From Escherichia coli (GTDB taxonomy: Bacteria > Pseudomonadota > Gammaproteobacteria > Enterobacterales > Enterobacteriaceae), in NCBI RefSeq assembly GCF_050320075.1, contig NZ_CP190018.1: a DNA stretch of 64,000 nt, one strand, 5' to 3'. Both the position numbers and the translations under genes were made by a program. Position 1 is the first letter of the stretch, and each line of letters opens with the position of its first letter. This document shows positions 10,601 to 23,054 of the stretch, one piece after another. The notes below the pieces were generated by a model, which saw only the letters and a program-made list of their open reading frames with translations, was not told the origin of the DNA and did not search any database.

Positions 10601-11825
10601 GCTTCAGCCCGCCTTCGCCCTGCGTGTGCAGCACTTCACGGCGGTCCAGACTGTCGGTGATGGTGATGCGGTCTTTCTCATACTGATACGTGTAGCTTAA
10701 GCCTGCCGGGTTTAGCTGCTCTGTCACCCGCCCGTCGCTGTCGTAACGGTAACGGATTTCTGGCCGGCCCGCGCGGTGGTGCGCCACCATCCGGCCCCGG
10801 TATTTATCATCGTAAGTAAAGCTGCGCACCTGTTTGCCACTGCGGTCATACACCGCCGCCAGTTCGCCGCGTGGCGTCCAGCCATAGCGCACCAGCGGCG
10901 CGGCAGGTAAATTCTCCGGGTATTCCGGGTCGTGTGTCAGCCACACGGCAGACAGACGGATACCGTTGTCCCGGCCATATTCCGTGTAGTCCGGCAGGGT
11001 ATCAGGAAAAGCGGACGGTTCCGTCCCGCCGGAAGAGGCCTGCTGCCGGGCCTCTTCTGCCCGCTGCGCCTGCGTGGTCAGTACCAGCCGGAAGTGACGC
11101 CCGGCACCATCCGTCACGCCGGTGATTTCGCCGCTGAATTCACCGCCAGCCTCACGGTGAAACGTCTGTGTGCGCCCGAAGCGGTCCACCAGCCCGGTCA
11201 GTACCCGGTACGGCGGCAGCGGCGCGGGCAGCACCTCATCCGCTTCCGGCACCCGCTCACACCAGCCGAGCAGCCACCACGGCCCCTGCGGACTGTTTGT
11301 CGCCAGATAACGATGCGGACTTAAGCGGAGTTCTTCCGGCAGCGCCTGCCAGAGTGCGGTCAGCCGGTGACCTTCATCCAGTTTCAGGACACCGCCACGC
11401 ACCAGCCAGAGTGACTCGCTGCGGCTGTAACCGTCCTCACCGGGAAACAGGTGCTCAAAATACAGGCTCCTGCCGCCGTTATCACTGAGTATCAGTGTGT
11501 TATCGCGCAGCTGTAGGCGGATATCCGCAGGCATTTTCCAGCCGGGGCCGAGGCTCCCCACCGGCGCGGGCGTTTTTGTCCGGTAACTGCTGTAGGTGCG
11601 GGAGAGGATGAACGGCAGCGGGCCGGGCAGGGCAAGGTCGGTTTCGCCGGGAAGGACCTTCGCGCCGAGCAGCGGATTGACCGGATGGCCGGACGTCACC
11701 CCGCCGGGGCACACCGAACAGGCCACGCCGGTGGGGGCACCGATGCGCACCCCGGCTGAACCCTGGACAATGCTACCGCCATACTGCGTCATGTCGCCCT
11801 GACGCGCCGCCGGTTTTCCGCTCAT
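7683..11825 (-). CDS. rhsA: Rhs-family polymorphic toxin (1380 aa) with PAAR-like N-terminus, YD-repeat core and variable C-terminal toxin tip
   Basis: N-terminus [11 protein letters not shown]..., many YD repeats, core ends ...[28 protein letters not shown]; the gene symbol reflects locus position (next to yibF-selAB), not the toxin type. Confidence 0.9.
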   Translation of the reverse strand: MSGKPAARQGDMTQYGGSIVQGSAGVRIGAPTGVACSVCPGGVTSGHPVNPLLGAKVLPGETDLALPGPLPFILSRTYSSYRTKTPAPVGSLGPGWKMPADIRLQLRDNTLILSDNGGRSLYFEHLFPGEDGYSRSESLWLVRGGVLKLDEGHRLTALWQALPEELRLSPHRYLATNSPQGPWWLLGWCERVPEADEVLPAPLPPYRVLTGLVDRFGRTQTFHREAGGEFSGEITGVTDGAGRHFRLVLTTQAQRAEEARQQASSGGTEPSAFPDTLPDYTEYGRDNGIRLSAVWLTHDPEYPENLPAAPLVRYGWTPRGELAAVYDRSGKQVRSFTYDDKYRGRMVAHHRAGRPEIRYRYDSDGRVTEQLNPAGLSYTYQYEKDRITITDSLDRREVLHTQGEGGLKRVVKKEHADGSVTQSQFDAVGRLKAQTDAAGRTTEYSPDVVTGLITRITTPDGRASAFYYNHHSQLTSATGPDGLELRREYDESGRLIQETAHNGDITRYRYDNPHSDLPCATEDATGSRKTMTWSRYGQLLTVTDCSGYVTRYDHDRFGQMTAVHREEGLSQYRAYDSRGQLIAVKDTQGHETRYEYNAAGDLTAVIAPDGSRNGTQYDAWGKPVRTTQGGLTRSMEYDAAGRVIRLTSENGSHTTFRYDVLDRLIQETGFDGRTQRYHHDLTGKLIRSEDEGLVTHWHYDEADRITQRTVNGEPAEQWQYDERGWLTGISHLSEGHRVTVHYGYDEKGRLTGERQTVHHPQTEALLWQHETRHAYNAQGLANRCIPDSLPAVEWLTYGSGWLSGMKLGDTPLVEYTRDRLHRETLRSFGRYELTTAYTSAGQLQSQHLNSLQYDRDYTWNDNGELIRISSPRQTRSYSYSDTGRLTGVHTTAANLDIRIPYATDPAGNRLPDPELHPDSTLSMWPDNRIARDAHYLYRYDRHGRLTEKTDLIPEGVIRTDDERTHRYHYDSRHRLVHYTRTQYAEPLVESRYLYDPLGRRVAKRVWRRERDLTGWMSLSRKPEVTWYGWDGDRLTTIQNDRTRIQTVYQPGSFTPLIRVETATGELAKTQRRSLADALQQSGGEDGGSVVFPPVLVQMLDRLESEILADRVSEESRRWLASCGLTVEQIQNQMDPVYTPARKIHLYHCDHRGLPLALVSTEGATEWCAEYDEWGNLLNEENPHQLQQLIRLPGQQYDEESGLYYNRHRYYDPLQGRYITQDPIGLKGGWNFYQYPLNPVSGFDPLGLKVSFQGDESTQKTLKEAYKAVAETKFGHKITEELESSEHEYIFRGLRKGINQTCYDDTEYSFYIDIDNDHSSCVYQGKNKACAMKPTLLSVVLAHEMGHAKGMKDDGTDSMANVDKYENPFRKELGLPARMKY
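7686..8084 (-). other. Rhs C-terminal toxin domain (133 aa after DPLGL) with HExxHxxGxxD motif
   Basis: Motif [12 protein letters not shown] encoded at 7770-7802; sharp drop to AT-rich composition begins at the DPLGL boundary (8085-8099). Confidence 0.6.
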
Positions 11826-12053
11826 CTGCTCATCCTTGTTTTATCGGGTTATTTGTCTGCTGACAGGCGAAACCCTACAGATTTATAAGAAAGCCTTAAG
11901 TGAGATATCTGTCAGATAAGAACAATTAGGAAAATATTTATATCACCATGATAAATATGTGATTTATTGGGAAGTAACAAACCATCAACATTTTCTGCCC
12001 TTTTTCCCATCACCAGGCCATACTGATATTTTTCCTCGCACAAAGGACTCGGC

Positions 12054-12662
12054 ATGAAACTCGTCGGTAGCTACACCAGCCCGTTTGTACGCAAACTTTC
12101 TATTCTGTTGTTAGAAAAGGGCATAACTTTCGAATTTATTAATGAACTGCCCTATAACGCGGACAACGGCGTGGCGCAATTTAACCCGTTAGGAAAAGTG
12201 CCGGTGCTGGTGACCGAAGAGGGCGAATGCTGGTTTGATTCGCCGATCATCGCTGAATATATTGAATTAATGAATGTCGCTCCGGCGATGTTGCCGCGCG
12301 ATCCGCTGGAGTCGTTGCGGGTGCGCAAAATTGAGGCGCTGGCGGATGGCATTATGGATGCCGGACTGGTATCGGTGCGTGAACAGGCGCGTCCGGCGGC
12401 GCAGCAGTCTGAAGATGAATTGTTACGCCAGCGGGAGAAAATCAACCGCAGTCTGGATGTGCTGGAAGGATATCTGGTCGATGGCACACTCAAAACCGAT
12501 ACGGTCAATCTGGCGACTATCGCCATTGCCTGTGCCGTCGGATATCTCAATTTCCGCCGCGTTGCGCCAGGTTGGTGTGTCGACCGCCCACACTTAGTCA
12601 AACTGGTCGAAAACCTGTTTAGCCGCGAAAGTTTTGCTCGCACCGAACCGCCAAAGGCTTGA
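12054..12662 (+). CDS. yibF: Glutathione S-transferase-like protein YibF (202 aa)
   Basis: 202-aa ORF recognised as YibF; divergent from rhs. Confidence 0.88.
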
Positions 12663-12759
12663 TGCGCGATATGTCCTCCTGACCCATCTCACGTTACAAT
12701 CCGTGGTTATGTTAAACGCCCTTCTCCGTGTGAGAGGGCCTTGATCAGCCAGGTTTCCT

Positions 12760-14151
12760 ATGACAACCGAAACGCGTTCCCTCTATAGTCAACTTCCGGC
12801 TATTGATCGCTTATTGCGCGATAGCTCCTTCCTTTCTTTGCGTGATACTTATGGTCACACCCGCGTGGTGGAATTGCTGCGTCAGATGCTTGACGAAGCG
12901 CGAGAAGTGATTCGTGACAGCCAGACGCTGCCCGCATGGTGTGAAAACTGGGCGCAAGAAGTCGATGCCCGACTGACGAAGGAGGCGCAGAGCGCGCTGC
13001 GTCCGGTGATCAACCTGACGGGAACCGTGCTGCATACCAATCTTGGGCGAGCTTTACAGGCAGAAGCCGCAGTGGAAGCCGTTGCGCAGGCTATGCGTTC
13101 GCCAGTGACCCTCGAGTACGATCTGGACGACGCCGGACGCGGACATCGCGATCGGGCGCTGGCGCAGCTGCTGTGCCGCATTACGGGAGCGGAAGATGCC
13201 TGTATCGTTAATAACAATGCGGCGGCGGTGTTATTGATGTTGGCGGCCACTGCCAGCGGGAAAGAGGTGGTGGTATCTCGCGGCGAACTGGTGGAGATTG
13301 GCGGCGCGTTTCGTATTCCTGATGTCATGCGTCAGGCAGGCTGCACCCTACACGAAGTGGGGACCACCAACCGCACGCACGCTAATGATTATCGTCAGGC
13401 GGTGAATGAAAATACCGCGCTGTTGATGAAAGTACATACCAGTAACTACAGCATTCAGGGATTCACCAAAGCGATAGATGAAGCGGAACTGGTGGCGCTC
13501 GGCAAAGAGCTGGATGTTCCCGTAGTGACTGATTTAGGCAGTGGCTCGCTGGTTGATCTTAGCCAGTACGGTTTGCCGAAAGAGCCAATGCCGCAGGAGT
13601 TGATTGCGGCGGGTGTCAGTCTGGTGAGCTTCTCCGGCGACAAGTTGTTAGGCGGGCCGCAGGCAGGAATTATTGTTGGTAAAAAAGAGATGATCGCCCG
13701 CCTGCAAAGCCACCCGCTGAAGCGTGCATTACGCGCGGATAAAATGACCCTCGCGGCGCTGGAAGCCACGTTGCGTCTTTATTTACACCCTGAAGCACTG
13801 AGTGAAAAATTACCGACCCTGCGCCTGCTTACCCGCAGCGCAGAGGTCATTCAAATCCAGGCACAACGTTTACAGGCCCCCCTTGCCGCACATTACGGCG
13901 CGGAGTTTGCGGTACAGGTTATGCCATGTCTTTCGCAGATTGGCAGTGGTTCGCTGCCGGTTGATCGCCTGCCGAGCGCGGCATTAACGTTTACACCCCA
14001 TGATGGACGCGGTAGCCACCTTGAGTCATTAGCCGCCCGCTGGCGTGAATTGCCAGTGCCGGTGATTGGTCGTATTTATGACGGACGATTGTGGCTGGAT
14101 TTACGCTGCCTTGAAAATGAGCAACGGTTTTTGGAGATGTTGTTGAAATGA
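12760..14151 (+). CDS. selA: L-seryl-tRNA(Sec) selenium transferase (selenocysteine synthase, 463 aa)
   Basis: 463-aa ORF recognised as SelA; overlaps selB start by ATGA. Confidence 0.93.
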   Translation: MTTETRSLYSQLPAIDRLLRDSSFLSLRDTYGHTRVVELLRQMLDEAREVIRDSQTLPAWCENWAQEVDARLTKEAQSALRPVINLTGTVLHTNLGRALQAEAAVEAVAQAMRSPVTLEYDLDDAGRGHRDRALAQLLCRITGAEDACIVNNNAAAVLLMLAATASGKEVVVSRGELVEIGGAFRIPDVMRQAGCTLHEVGTTNRTHANDYRQAVNENTALLMKVHTSNYSIQGFTKAIDEAELVALGKELDVPVVTDLGSGSLVDLSQYGLPKEPMPQELIAAGVSLVSFSGDKLLGGPQAGIIVGKKEMIARLQSHPLKRALRADKMTLAALEATLRLYLHPEALSEKLPTLRLLTRSAEVIQIQAQRLQAPLAAHYGAEFAVQVMPCLSQIGSGSLPVDRLPSAALTFTPHDGRGSHLESLAARWRELPVPVIGRIYDGRLWLDLRCLENEQRFLEMLLK

Positions 14152-15992
14152 TTATTGCGACTGCCGGACACGTTGACCACGGCAAAACAACCTTATTGCA
14201 GGCGATTACTGGCGTAAATGCCGACCGTCTGCCGGAAGAAAAAAAGCGCGGCATGACCATCGATCTCGGTTATGCCTACTGGCCGCAGCCGGATGGTCGC
14301 GTGCCTGGTTTTATCGACGTACCCGGTCATGAAAAGTTTCTTTCCAACATGCTGGCGGGCGTTGGTGGTATCGATCACGCGCTGTTGGTGGTGGCGTGCG
14401 ATGACGGCGTGATGGCTCAGACTCGTGAGCATCTGGCGATTTTGCAGCTGACCGGTAACCCGATGCTGACAGTGGCGCTGACCAAAGCCGATCGCGTGGA
14501 CGAAGCGCGTGTTGATGAGGTTGAACGCCAGGTAAAGGAGGTGCTGCGGGAATACGGTTTTGCTGAGGCAAAACTGTTTATCACCGCAGCAACCGAAGGT
14601 CGGGGAATTGATGCCCTGCGCGAGCATTTGCTTCAGTTACCAGAACGTGAACACGCCAGCCAACATAGTTTCCGCCTCGCGATCGACCGTGCATTTACCG
14701 TAAAAGGTGCCGGGCTGGTCGTCACCGGTACGGCGTTAAGCGGGGAAGTGAAGGTAGGCGATTCACTCTGGCTGACTGGTGTAAATAAACCGATGCGTGT
14801 ACGTGCGCTGCATGCACAAAACCAGCCAACAGAAACCGCCCATGCCGGGCAGCGTATCGCGCTTAACATCGCGGGTGATGCGGAAAAAGAGCAGATTAAC
14901 CGTGGCGACTGGCTGCTTACCGATGCGCCGCCGGAGCCGTTCACACGGGTGATTGTCGAGCTTCAAACCCATACACCGCTGACCCAGTGGCAGCCGCTGC
15001 ATATTCACCACGCCGCCAGCCACGTCACGGGACGCGTTTCGCTGCTGGAAGATAACCTTGCCGAGCTGGTATTCGACACGCCGCTGTGGCTGGCGGATAA
15101 CGATCGCTTAGTGCTGCGCGATATCTCGGCCCGCAACACGCTGGCGGGGGCGCGTGTGGTGATGCTTAACCCGCCGCGTCGCGGTAAGCGTAAGCCGGAA
15201 TATCTGCAATGGCTGGCGTCTCTTGCACGAGCGCAGAGCGATGCCGATGCGTTATCTGTTCATCTGGAACGCGGAGCGGTTAACCTTGCAGATTTCGCCT
15301 GGGCACGGCAGCTCAACGGCGAAGGGATGCGCGAACTGCTGCAACAGCCTGGCTATATTCAGGCTGGTTATAGCTTGTTGAATGCGCCGGTTGCCGCCCG
15401 CTGGCAGCGGAAAATTCTCGACACATTAGCGACTTATCATGAGCAACATCGCGATGAACCTGGTCTTGGGCGCGAACGTCTGCGACGTATGGCGTTGCCA
15501 ATGGAAGATGAAGCGCTGGTACTGTTGCTGATTGAAAAGATGCGCGAAAGCGGCGACATCCTCAGTCATCACGGTTGGCTGCATCTGCCGGATCATAAAG
15601 CGGGCTTCAGCGAAGAGCAGCAGGTCATCTGGCAAAAAGCAGAGCCGCTGTTTGGTGACGAACCGTGGTGGGTGCGTGACCTGGCAAAAGAGACGGGAAC
15701 CGACGAGCAGGCAATGCGCCTGACGCTACGCCAGGCGGCGCAGCAGGGGATAATTACCGCGATCGTTAAAGATCGTTATTACCGTAACGATCGGATTGTC
15801 GAGTTTGCCAATATGATCCGCGATCTCGATCAGGAGTGTGGTTCAACCTGCGCGGCGGATTTCCGCGATCGCTTAGGTGTAGGCCGAAAGCTGGCAATTC
15901 AGATTTTGGAATATTTTGACCGCATTGGCTTTACGCGTCGTCGTGGAAATGATCATTTATTGCGCGACGCATTATTATTTCCGGAAAAATAA
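14148..15992 (+). CDS. selB: Selenocysteine-specific elongation factor SelB (614 aa)
   Basis: N-terminal GTPase motifs [23 protein letters not shown]; C-terminal winged-helix region. Confidence 0.93.
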   Translation: MIIATAGHVDHGKTTLLQAITGVNADRLPEEKKRGMTIDLGYAYWPQPDGRVPGFIDVPGHEKFLSNMLAGVGGIDHALLVVACDDGVMAQTREHLAILQLTGNPMLTVALTKADRVDEARVDEVERQVKEVLREYGFAEAKLFITAATEGRGIDALREHLLQLPEREHASQHSFRLAIDRAFTVKGAGLVVTGTALSGEVKVGDSLWLTGVNKPMRVRALHAQNQPTETAHAGQRIALNIAGDAEKEQINRGDWLLTDAPPEPFTRVIVELQTHTPLTQWQPLHIHHAASHVTGRVSLLEDNLAELVFDTPLWLADNDRLVLRDISARNTLAGARVVMLNPPRRGKRKPEYLQWLASLARAQSDADALSVHLERGAVNLADFAWARQLNGEGMRELLQQPGYIQAGYSLLNAPVAARWQRKILDTLATYHEQHRDEPGLGRERLRRMALPMEDEALVLLLIEKMRESGDILSHHGWLHLPDHKAGFSEEQQVIWQKAEPLFGDEPWWVRDLAKETGTDEQAMRLTLRQAAQQGIITAIVKDRYYRNDRIVEFANMIRDLDQECGSTCAADFRDRLGVGRKLAIQILEYFDRIGFTRRRGNDHLLRDALLFPEK

Positions 15993-16051
15993 GGAAATGA
16001 TTAATTAAGTTTTAAAATAAATTAATACAAAATTCTTATGAATTTAAAAAA

Positions 16052-16086
16052 AGCACATTGTTTAATGAATACAATGTGCTTTTTAT
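16052..16086 (+). terminator. Rho-independent terminator after selB
   Basis: Hairpin agcacattg...caatgtgct followed by a T-run. Confidence 0.6.
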
Positions 16087-16181
16087 TAGATTAATTTTGA
16101 TAATCAATAATACTGATCATATTTTCAAATGAAAATCCTCAGTAAGCTGCCCGCCCTTTTTTACACTTTCAGGAGTGTGTT

Positions 16182-17333
16182 ATGGCAGCTTCAACCTTTT
16201 TTATTCCTTCCGTGAATGTTATTGGTGCTGATTCATTGAATGATGCAATGAATATGATGGCAGATTATGGATTTACCCGTACCTTAATTGTCACTGACAA
16301 TATGTTAACGAAATTGGGTATGGCGGGTGATGTGCAAAAAGCACTGGAAGAACGCAATATTTTTAGTGTTATTTATGATGGCACCCAACCTAACCCCACC
16401 ACGGAAAACGTCGCTGCAGGTTTGAAATTACTTAAAGAAAATAATTGCGATAGCGTGATTTCCTTAGGCGGTGGTTCTCCACACGACTGCGCAAAAGGTA
16501 TTGCGCTGGTGGCAGCCAATGGTGGCGATATTCGCGATTATGAAGGCGTTGACCGCTCTGCAAAACCGCAGCTGCCGATGATCGCCATCAACACCACGGC
16601 GGGTACGGCCTCTGAAATGACCCGTTTCTGCATCATCACTGACGAAGCGCGTCACATCAAAATGGCGATTGTGGATAAACATGTAACTCCGCTGCTTTCT
16701 GTCAATGACTCCTCTCTGATGATTGGTATGCCGAAGTCACTGACCGCCGCAACGGGTATGGATGCCTTAACGCACGCTATCGAAGCGTATGTTTCTATTG
16801 CCGCCACGCCGATCACTGACGCTTGTGCACTGAAAGCCGTGACCATGATTGCCGAAAACCTGCCGTTAGCCGTTGAAGATGGCAGTAATGCGAAAGCGCG
16901 TGAAGCAATGGCTTATGCCCAGTTCCTCGCCGGTATGGCGTTCAATAATGCTTCTCTGGGTTATGTTCATGCGATGGCGCACCAGCTGGGCGGTTTCTAC
17001 AATCTGCCGCACGGTGTATGTAACGCCGTTCTGCTGCCACACGTTCAGGTGTTCAACAGCAAAGTCGCTGCTGCGCGTCTGCGTGACTGTGCTGCTGCCA
17101 TGGGCGTTAACGTGACAGGCAAAAATGACGCGGAAGGCGCAGAAGCGTGCATCAATGCCATCCGTGAACTGGCGAAGAAAGTGGATATCCCGGCAGGCCT
17201 GCGTGACCTGAACGTGAAAGAAGAGGATTTCGCGGTACTGGCCACCAATGCCCTGAAAGATGCGTGTGGGTTTACTAACCCGATTCAGGCAACTCACGAA
17301 GAGATTGTGGCAATTTATCGCGCTGCGATGTAA
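16182..17333 (+). CDS. yiaY: Iron-containing alcohol dehydrogenase family protein YiaY (383 aa)
   Basis: 383-aa ORF recognised as YiaY (Fe-ADH family). Confidence 0.9.
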   Translation: MAASTFFIPSVNVIGADSLNDAMNMMADYGFTRTLIVTDNMLTKLGMAGDVQKALEERNIFSVIYDGTQPNPTTENVAAGLKLLKENNCDSVISLGGGSPHDCAKGIALVAANGGDIRDYEGVDRSAKPQLPMIAINTTAGTASEMTRFCIITDEARHIKMAIVDKHVTPLLSVNDSSLMIGMPKSLTAATGMDALTHAIEAYVSIAATPITDACALKAVTMIAENLPLAVEDGSNAKAREAMAYAQFLAGMAFNNASLGYVHAMAHQLGGFYNLPHGVCNAVLLPHVQVFNSKVAAARLRDCAAAMGVNVTGKNDAEGAEACINAIRELAKKVDIPAGLRDLNVKEEDFAVLATNALKDACGFTNPIQATHEEIVAIYRAAM

Positions 17334-17533
17334 TCATCATTCCCCCAATGGCTGGCTAATTGTCAGCCATTTTTTTAACTATCTCAAAATTTGCGATTTT
17401 TGAGAGAGTTTTAGTTATCTCTGTAATCCTTGCCCGTAAATTCGTGATAGCCGTCGTAAAGCTGTTACCGACTGGCGAAGATTTCGCCAGTCACGTCTAC
17501 CCTTGTTATACCTCACACCGCAAGGAGACGATC

Positions 17534-19072
17534 ATGACCAATAATCCCCCTTCAGCACAGATTAAGCCCGGCGAGTATGGTTTCCCCCTCAAGTTAAAAG
17601 CCCGCTACGACAACTTTATTGGCGGCGAATGGGTAGCCCCTGCCGATGGTGAGTATTACCAGAACCTGACGCCGGTGACCGGGCAGCTGCTGTGCGAAGT
17701 GGCGTCTTCGGGCAAACGAGACATCGATCTGGCGCTGGATGCTGCGCACAAAGTGAAAGATAAATGGGCGCATACTTCGGTGCAGGATCGCGCGGCGATT
17801 CTGTTTAAGATTGCCGATCGGATGGAGCAGAACCTCGAACTGTTAGCGACCGCTGAAACCTGGGATAACGGCAAACCCATTCGCGAAACCAGTGCTGCTG
17901 ATGTGCCGCTGGCGATTGACCATTTTCGCTATTTTGCCTCGTGTATTCGGGCGCAGGAAGGCGGTATTAGTGAAGTGGATAGCGAAACTGTGGCTTATCA
18001 CTTCCACGAACCGTTAGGCGTGGTGGGGCAGATTATTCCGTGGAACTTCCCGCTGCTGATGGCGAGCTGGAAAATGGCTCCCGCGCTGGCGGCGGGCAAC
18101 TGTGTGGTGCTGAAACCCGCACGTCTTACCCCGCTTTCTGTACTGCTGCTAATGGAACTCGTCGGTGATTTACTGCCGCCGGGCGTGGTGAACGTGGTTA
18201 ACGGCGCTGGTGGGGAAATTGGTGAATATCTGGCGACCTCGAAACGCATCGCCAAAGTGGCGTTTACCGGCTCAACGGAAGTGGGCCAACAAATTATGCA
18301 GTACGCCACGCAAAACATTATTCCGGTGACGCTGGAGCTGGGCGGCAAATCCCCAAATATCTTCTTTGCTGATGTGATGGATGAAGAAGATGCCTTTTTC
18401 GATAAAGCGCTGGAAGGCTTTGCACTGTTTGCCTTTAACCAGGGCGAAGTTTGCACCTGTCCAAGCCGTGCTTTAGTGCAGGAGTCTATCTACGAACGCT
18501 TTATGGAACGCGCCATCCGCCGTGTCGAAAGCATTCGCAGCGGTAACCCGCTCGACAGCGTGACGCAAATGGGGGCGCAGGTTTCTCACGGGCAACTGGA
18601 AACCATCCTCAACTACATTGATATCGGTAAAAAAGAGGGCGCAGACGTGCTCACCGGCGGGCGGCGCAAGCTGCTGGAAGGCGAACTGAAAGACGGCTAC
18701 TACCTCGAACCGACGATTCTGTTTGGTCAGAATAATATGCGCGTGTTCCAGGAAGAAATTTTTGGTCCGGTGCTGGCGGTGACCACCTTCAAAACGATGG
18801 AAGAAGCGCTGGAGCTGGCGAACGACACGCAATATGGCCTGGGCGCGGGTGTCTGGAGCCGCAACGGTAATCTGGCCTATAAGATGGGGCGCGGCATTCA
18901 GGCTGGGCGCGTGTGGACCAACTGTTATCACGCTTACCCGGCACATGCGGCGTTTGGCGGCTACAAACAGTCGGGCATCGGACGCGAAACCCATAAGATG
19001 ATGCTTGAGCATTACCAGCAAACCAAGTGCCTGCTGGTGAGCTATTCGGATAAACCGTTGGGGCTGTTCTGA
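17534..19072 (+). CDS. aldB: Aldehyde dehydrogenase B (512 aa)
   Basis: ORF track 17360..19072 trimmed to ATG at 17534 with aggaga RBS ([17 protein letters not shown]...); ALDH family, catalytic Cys region. Confidence 0.92.
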   Translation: MTNNPPSAQIKPGEYGFPLKLKARYDNFIGGEWVAPADGEYYQNLTPVTGQLLCEVASSGKRDIDLALDAAHKVKDKWAHTSVQDRAAILFKIADRMEQNLELLATAETWDNGKPIRETSAADVPLAIDHFRYFASCIRAQEGGISEVDSETVAYHFHEPLGVVGQIIPWNFPLLMASWKMAPALAAGNCVVLKPARLTPLSVLLLMELVGDLLPPGVVNVVNGAGGEIGEYLATSKRIAKVAFTGSTEVGQQIMQYATQNIIPVTLELGGKSPNIFFADVMDEEDAFFDKALEGFALFAFNQGEVCTCPSRALVQESIYERFMERAIRRVESIRSGNPLDSVTQMGAQVSHGQLETILNYIDIGKKEGADVLTGGRRKLLEGELKDGYYLEPTILFGQNNMRVFQEEIFGPVLAVTTFKTMEEALELANDTQYGLGAGVWSRNGNLAYKMGRGIQAGRVWTNCYHAYPAHAAFGGYKQSGIGRETHKMMLEHYQQTKCLLVSYSDKPLGLF

Positions 19073-19104
19073 TATAAGAAGCTGGTCGCATTGGGTATTC
19101 ATTG

Positions 19105-19187
19105 CCTGATGCGACGCTTACGCGTTTTATCATGCCTACGGGGACCTGACCGTAGGCCGGATAAGGCGTACACGCCGCATCCGGCAT
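19105..19187. repeat. REP elements downstream of aldB
   Basis: gcctgatgcgacgcttacgcg and gtaggccggataaggcgtacacgccgcatccggca palindromic units. Confidence 0.75.
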
Positions 19188-19624
19188 AAACAAAGCGCAC
19201 GTTGTTACAATTTACGTTTTAAACCTACGTGCGCAATAACCCAATAACCCAGACTACGCCAACAGAAGTGCGTTTCTGGGGCGTGTTTTGCCAGGAGTTT
19301 AATCTCGCGTTTCGATGGTGAGCGGGCGAACCAGACCATAAATCACCATTGGCGTTCCGAGGCCAATCAGCAATAAACGGTAGATAATTGAAGGTTTAAT
19401 ACGCTTAATCTGTACTGTGGATGTTTTACTGGAGTTATTCATTAGTTTGGCCAATAGTTCCATTATTTCAATATGATAAGCCTCGCACTGTTGAAAAGCC
19501 AGGCTGCACATTTCAGAAAGTATATAAAAAACAATATGTCGTTATATAAATAAGGAAATTGCACCGCATTATGGTATTTCATAATATGCGTTAATTGTTC
19601 TTTTCTATATTCTCTGAGGGAAAT

Positions 19625-19948
19625 ATGTTCCTGGATTATTTTGCATTGGGAGTGCTTATTTTTGTATTTCTGGTGATATTCTATGGGATTATTATTTTAC
19701 ATGATGTTCCCTACCTGATTGCTAAAAAACGTAATCATCCACATGCCGACGCCATTCATGTTGCTGGTTGGGTAAGTCTTTTTACGTTACATGTTATCTG
19801 GCCATTTTTGTGGATTTGGGCCACGCTTTACCGCCCGGAGCGGGGATGGGGAATGCAAAACCATGACTCCTCCGTTGTGCAACTACAACAGCGTATTGCC
19901 GGGCTGGAGAAACAGCTCGCCGACATCAAATCCTCTTCTGCCGAGTAA
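19625..19948 (+). CDS. yiaW: Small inner-membrane protein YiaW (DUF3302 family, 107 aa)
   Basis: ORF track 19595..19948 trimmed to ATG at 19625 ([10 protein letters not shown]...) with gaggg RBS; roughly 90 percent identical to YibI by eye. Confidence 0.85.
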   Translation: MFLDYFALGVLIFVFLVIFYGIIILHDVPYLIAKKRNHPHADAIHVAGWVSLFTLHVIWPFLWIWATLYRPERGWGMQNHDSSVVQLQQRIAGLEKQLADIKSSSAE

Positions 19949-19953
19949 TACTT

Positions 19954-21090
19954 ATGGATTTACTGATTATTTTAACCTATGTGGCTTTCGCATGGGCAAT
20001 GTTTAAGATCTTCAAAATTCCTGTAAATAAATGGACCATTCCCACAGCGGCCCTGGGTGGCATATTTATTGTCAGCGGTTTAATTCTGTTAATGAACTAT
20101 AACCATCCGTATACCTTTAAAGCGCAAAAAGCGGTTATTTCTATTCCTGTTGTCCCACAGGTGACAGGCGTGGTGATCGAAGTGACGGACAAGAAAAATA
20201 CGCTGATTAAAAAAGGTGAGGTGCTATTTCGACTGGACCCGACGCGTTATCAGGCGCGGGTGGATCGGCTGATGGCGGATATCGTTACCGCAGAACATAA
20301 ACAGCGGGCGTTGGGCGCAGAGTTAGATGAGATGGCGGCGAATACTCAGCAGGCAAAGGCCACGCGGGATAAATTCGCTAAAGAGTATCAGCGTTACGCA
20401 CGCGGCAGTCAGGCGAAAGTAAACCCGTTTTCAGAACGTGATATCGATGTGGCGCGGCAAAATTATCTGGCACAGGAAGCCTCCGTAAAATCAGCGGCGG
20501 CGGAACAAAAACAGATCCTGAGCCAGCTGGATAGCCTGGTGTTGGGTGAACATTCTCAAATCGCCAGCCTGAAAGCACAGCTCGCGGAAGCAAAATATAA
20601 CCTTGAGCAGACGATAGTGCGTGCGCCGAGCGATGGTTATGTGACCCAGGTACTGATTCGTCCGGGTACCTATGCCGCGTCGCTGCCGCTACGTCCGGTG
20701 ATGGTGTTTATACCCGATCAGAAACGACAAATCGTGGCGCAGTTCCGTCAGAACTCCTTGCTGCGACTGGCTCCTGGCGACGATGCGGAAGTGGTGTTTA
20801 ATGCTCTGCCAGGTAAGGTATTCAGCGGTAAGCTGGCAGCCATTAGTCCAGCCGTTCCCGGCGGAGCTTATCAGTCGACCGGCACCTTACAGACGTTAAA
20901 CACAGCGCCGGGTTCAGATGGCGTTATCGCGACCATTGAACTGGATGAGCATACTGATTTGAGCGCATTACCAGACGGTATTTACGCCCAGGTGGCGGTC
21001 TACTCTGATCATTTCAGCCATGTCTCGGTGATGCGCAAAGTACTGTTACGCATGACCAGCTGGGTGCATTACCTTTATCTCGATCATTAA
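19954..21090 (+). CDS. yiaV: HlyD-family membrane fusion protein YiaV (378 aa)
   Basis: Paralog of YibH with the same length and architecture. Confidence 0.88.
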   Translation: MDLLIILTYVAFAWAMFKIFKIPVNKWTIPTAALGGIFIVSGLILLMNYNHPYTFKAQKAVISIPVVPQVTGVVIEVTDKKNTLIKKGEVLFRLDPTRYQARVDRLMADIVTAEHKQRALGAELDEMAANTQQAKATRDKFAKEYQRYARGSQAKVNPFSERDIDVARQNYLAQEASVKSAAAEQKQILSQLDSLVLGEHSQIASLKAQLAEAKYNLEQTIVRAPSDGYVTQVLIRPGTYAASLPLRPVMVFIPDQKRQIVAQFRQNSLLRLAPGDDAEVVFNALPGKVFSGKLAAISPAVPGGAYQSTGTLQTLNTAPGSDGVIATIELDEHTDLSALPDGIYAQVAVYSDHFSHVSVMRKVLLRMTSWVHYLYLDH

Positions 21091-22061
21091 TCTTCGCTTT
21101 CCGCCGTTTGTTCAGGCCGCAGTTGCTGCGACTGAGCAAGCTGGTGGCGAATTTCACGCAGCATTTCATCCAGCACATACTGGACCCGCCAGGGCTGGTA
21201 TTCCCGTTTACGGAAGATAGCCATCAGATCCAGCCACCATTCATACGGGTGCTGAAAGCAGGGCACCAGCGTGCCGTCTTGCAGGTCGCTCTGCACACTT
21301 TTGTCTGGCGCAAACACAATCCCCAGGTGATTTCGTGCCAGCTCCAGCGCAGATTGCGTGTTGTCGCAAACGTAATTTCCCTTCACGCGATAATCCCGCA
21401 CCTCTTTACTCCCGGCGACGTTGAAGCGCCAGATATTCGCGTCGTCGATCATCATCGAGTCGATCAAAATACAGGAGTGATGTTCGAGTTCGTCAGGACG
21501 GCTAATGGGATGTTTCTCAAGATAGCGCTGGCTGGCATAAGCGGTTACGGCATATTGGGTAATAAAACTGGCAACCAGCGATTCATCTTTTGGTTGGGCG
21601 TAGCTGATTAAAACATCACAATCATCGGGAAATTCGACGCCTTCATAAAAGGCATTACGCTCAAGATTGCAGGTTTTTAGCGATAAGGTGATATCACCGA
21701 TATCTTTAATTTTATCGATTACATGTTTGGATAAATAGGTAATTATGCCGGTTGGTGCATAGATAGTGACCCGACCACGTTTCTCATGCTTATAATCTGC
21801 AATAAAATTATTAAGCTGCTCGTTTCTGTCCAGCATGTCGTTGATGTACGGTAACAGCACGGTGCCAAAAGGTGTGAGCATCAGCTGTCGGGTGGTTCGG
21901 TCAAAGACTTTTAAACCCACTTTTGATTCAAAATCAGCAAGATATTTGCTGACGTTGGCCTGTGCGATGCCAAGTACAGTCGCGGCATGGCTGATATTTT
22001 CACTGGCAGCGATTACCGAGATAATTTTTAACTCCCGGTACTTAAGTTGTAATTTTGTCAT
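21087..22061 (-). CDS. yiaU: LysR-family transcriptional regulator YiaU (324 aa)
   Basis: N-terminal HTH ([36 protein letters not shown]); convergent 4-nt overlap with yiaV. Confidence 0.88.
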   Translation of the reverse strand: MTKLQLKYRELKIISVIAASENISHAATVLGIAQANVSKYLADFESKVGLKVFDRTTRQLMLTPFGTVLLPYINDMLDRNEQLNNFIADYKHEKRGRVTIYAPTGIITYLSKHVIDKIKDIGDITLSLKTCNLERNAFYEGVEFPDDCDVLISYAQPKDESLVASFITQYAVTAYASQRYLEKHPISRPDELEHHSCILIDSMMIDDANIWRFNVAGSKEVRDYRVKGNYVCDNTQSALELARNHLGIVFAPDKSVQSDLQDGTLVPCFQHPYEWWLDLMAIFRKREYQPWRVQYVLDEMLREIRHQLAQSQQLRPEQTAESED

Positions 22062-22184
22062 CGCAACAGCCCAATTATATATAATTTTATATATTACTAT
22101 ATAAATATGAATCTTGCACCGGATAAATTGTAAGCATTACTATGCCGACTCTTTTTTATCTTATTTTAAAATGGAATACCGGAC

Positions 22185-22925
22185 ATGTTAATTAACCGCA
22201 ATATTGTGGCGTTATTTGCGTTGCCTTTTAAGGCAAGCGCAACTGCTTCTGAATTATCCATTGGTGCTGGTGCGGCTTATAATGAATCGCCTTATCGCGG
22301 TTATAATGAAAATACAAAGGCAATTCCGCTGATTAGTTATGAAGGTGATACTTTTTATGTTCGTCAGACCACGTTAGGTTTTATTCTGTCGCAAAGTGAA
22401 AAAAATGAACTTAGCCTGACCGCATCCTGGATGCCGCTGGAATTTGACCCTGCCGATAATGACGATTATGCCATGCAACAGCTTGATAAGCGTGATAGTA
22501 CGGCTATGGCGGGGGTTGCCTGGTATCACCACGAGCGTTGGGGAACCGTGAAAGCCTCTGCGGCTGCGGACGTTCTGGATAACAGCAACGGCTGGGTGGG
22601 GGAGCTATCGGTATTCCACAAAATGCAGATAGGTCGCCTGTCGCTGACACCTGCGCTGGGCGTTCTCTATTATGACGAGAATTTCAGTGACTATTACTAT
22701 GGCATTTCAGAGAGTGAGTCCCGTCGTAGCGGTCTGGCAAGTTATTCCGCGCAGGATGCCTGGGTGCCCTATGTCAGCCTGACGGCAAAATACCCGATAG
22801 GAGAGCACGTCGTATTGATGGCGAGCGCAGGATACAGCGAGCTGCCGGAAGAGATTACCGACAGCCCGATGGTTGATCGTAATGAGAGTTTTACCTTTGT
22901 CACTGGCGTGAGCTGGCGTTTTTAA
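22185..22925 (+). CDS. yiaT: MipA/OmpV-family outer-membrane protein YiaT (246 aa)
   Basis: Signal peptide, beta-rich sequence ending in terminal aromatic (F). Confidence 0.85.
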   Translation: MLINRNIVALFALPFKASATASELSIGAGAAYNESPYRGYNENTKAIPLISYEGDTFYVRQTTLGFILSQSEKNELSLTASWMPLEFDPADNDDYAMQQLDKRDSTAMAGVAWYHHERWGTVKASAAADVLDNSNGWVGELSVFHKMQIGRLSLTPALGVLYYDENFSDYYYGISESESRRSGLASYSAQDAWVPYVSLTAKYPIGEHVVLMASAGYSELPEEITDSPMVDRNESFTFVTGVSWRF

Positions 22926-22929
22926 TTCA

Positions 22930-23054
22930 CCGGTGGATGTCGGTGCGGCTGGCCTACGCTCTCGCACCGACTTGTAGGCCTGATAAGACGTGTTAAGCGT
23001 CGCATCAGGCAATGTGCACCCTACGGTGGATGCGGCGCGAGTGCCTTATCCAAC
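22930..23054. repeat. REP cluster between yiaT and the GH127 gene
   Basis: gtaggcctgataagacgtgttaagcgtcgcatcaggca and cggtggatgcggcgcgagtgccttatcc units. Confidence 0.75.

Noticed and set aside
8205-11488. Many 60-190-aa plus-strand ORFs inside the rhs core
   Set aside because: GC-rich repetitive YD-repeat DNA generates long stop-free antisense frames; all are contained within the 1380-aa rhs gene. Shadow ORFs.
19299-19511. 70-aa minus-strand ORF between aldB and yiaW with a hydrophobic C-terminal half
   Set aside because: No Shine-Dalgarno sequence before either candidate ATG, and it overlaps REP-adjacent and promoter sequence; insufficient evidence for a gene, though a small membrane protein cannot be excluded.
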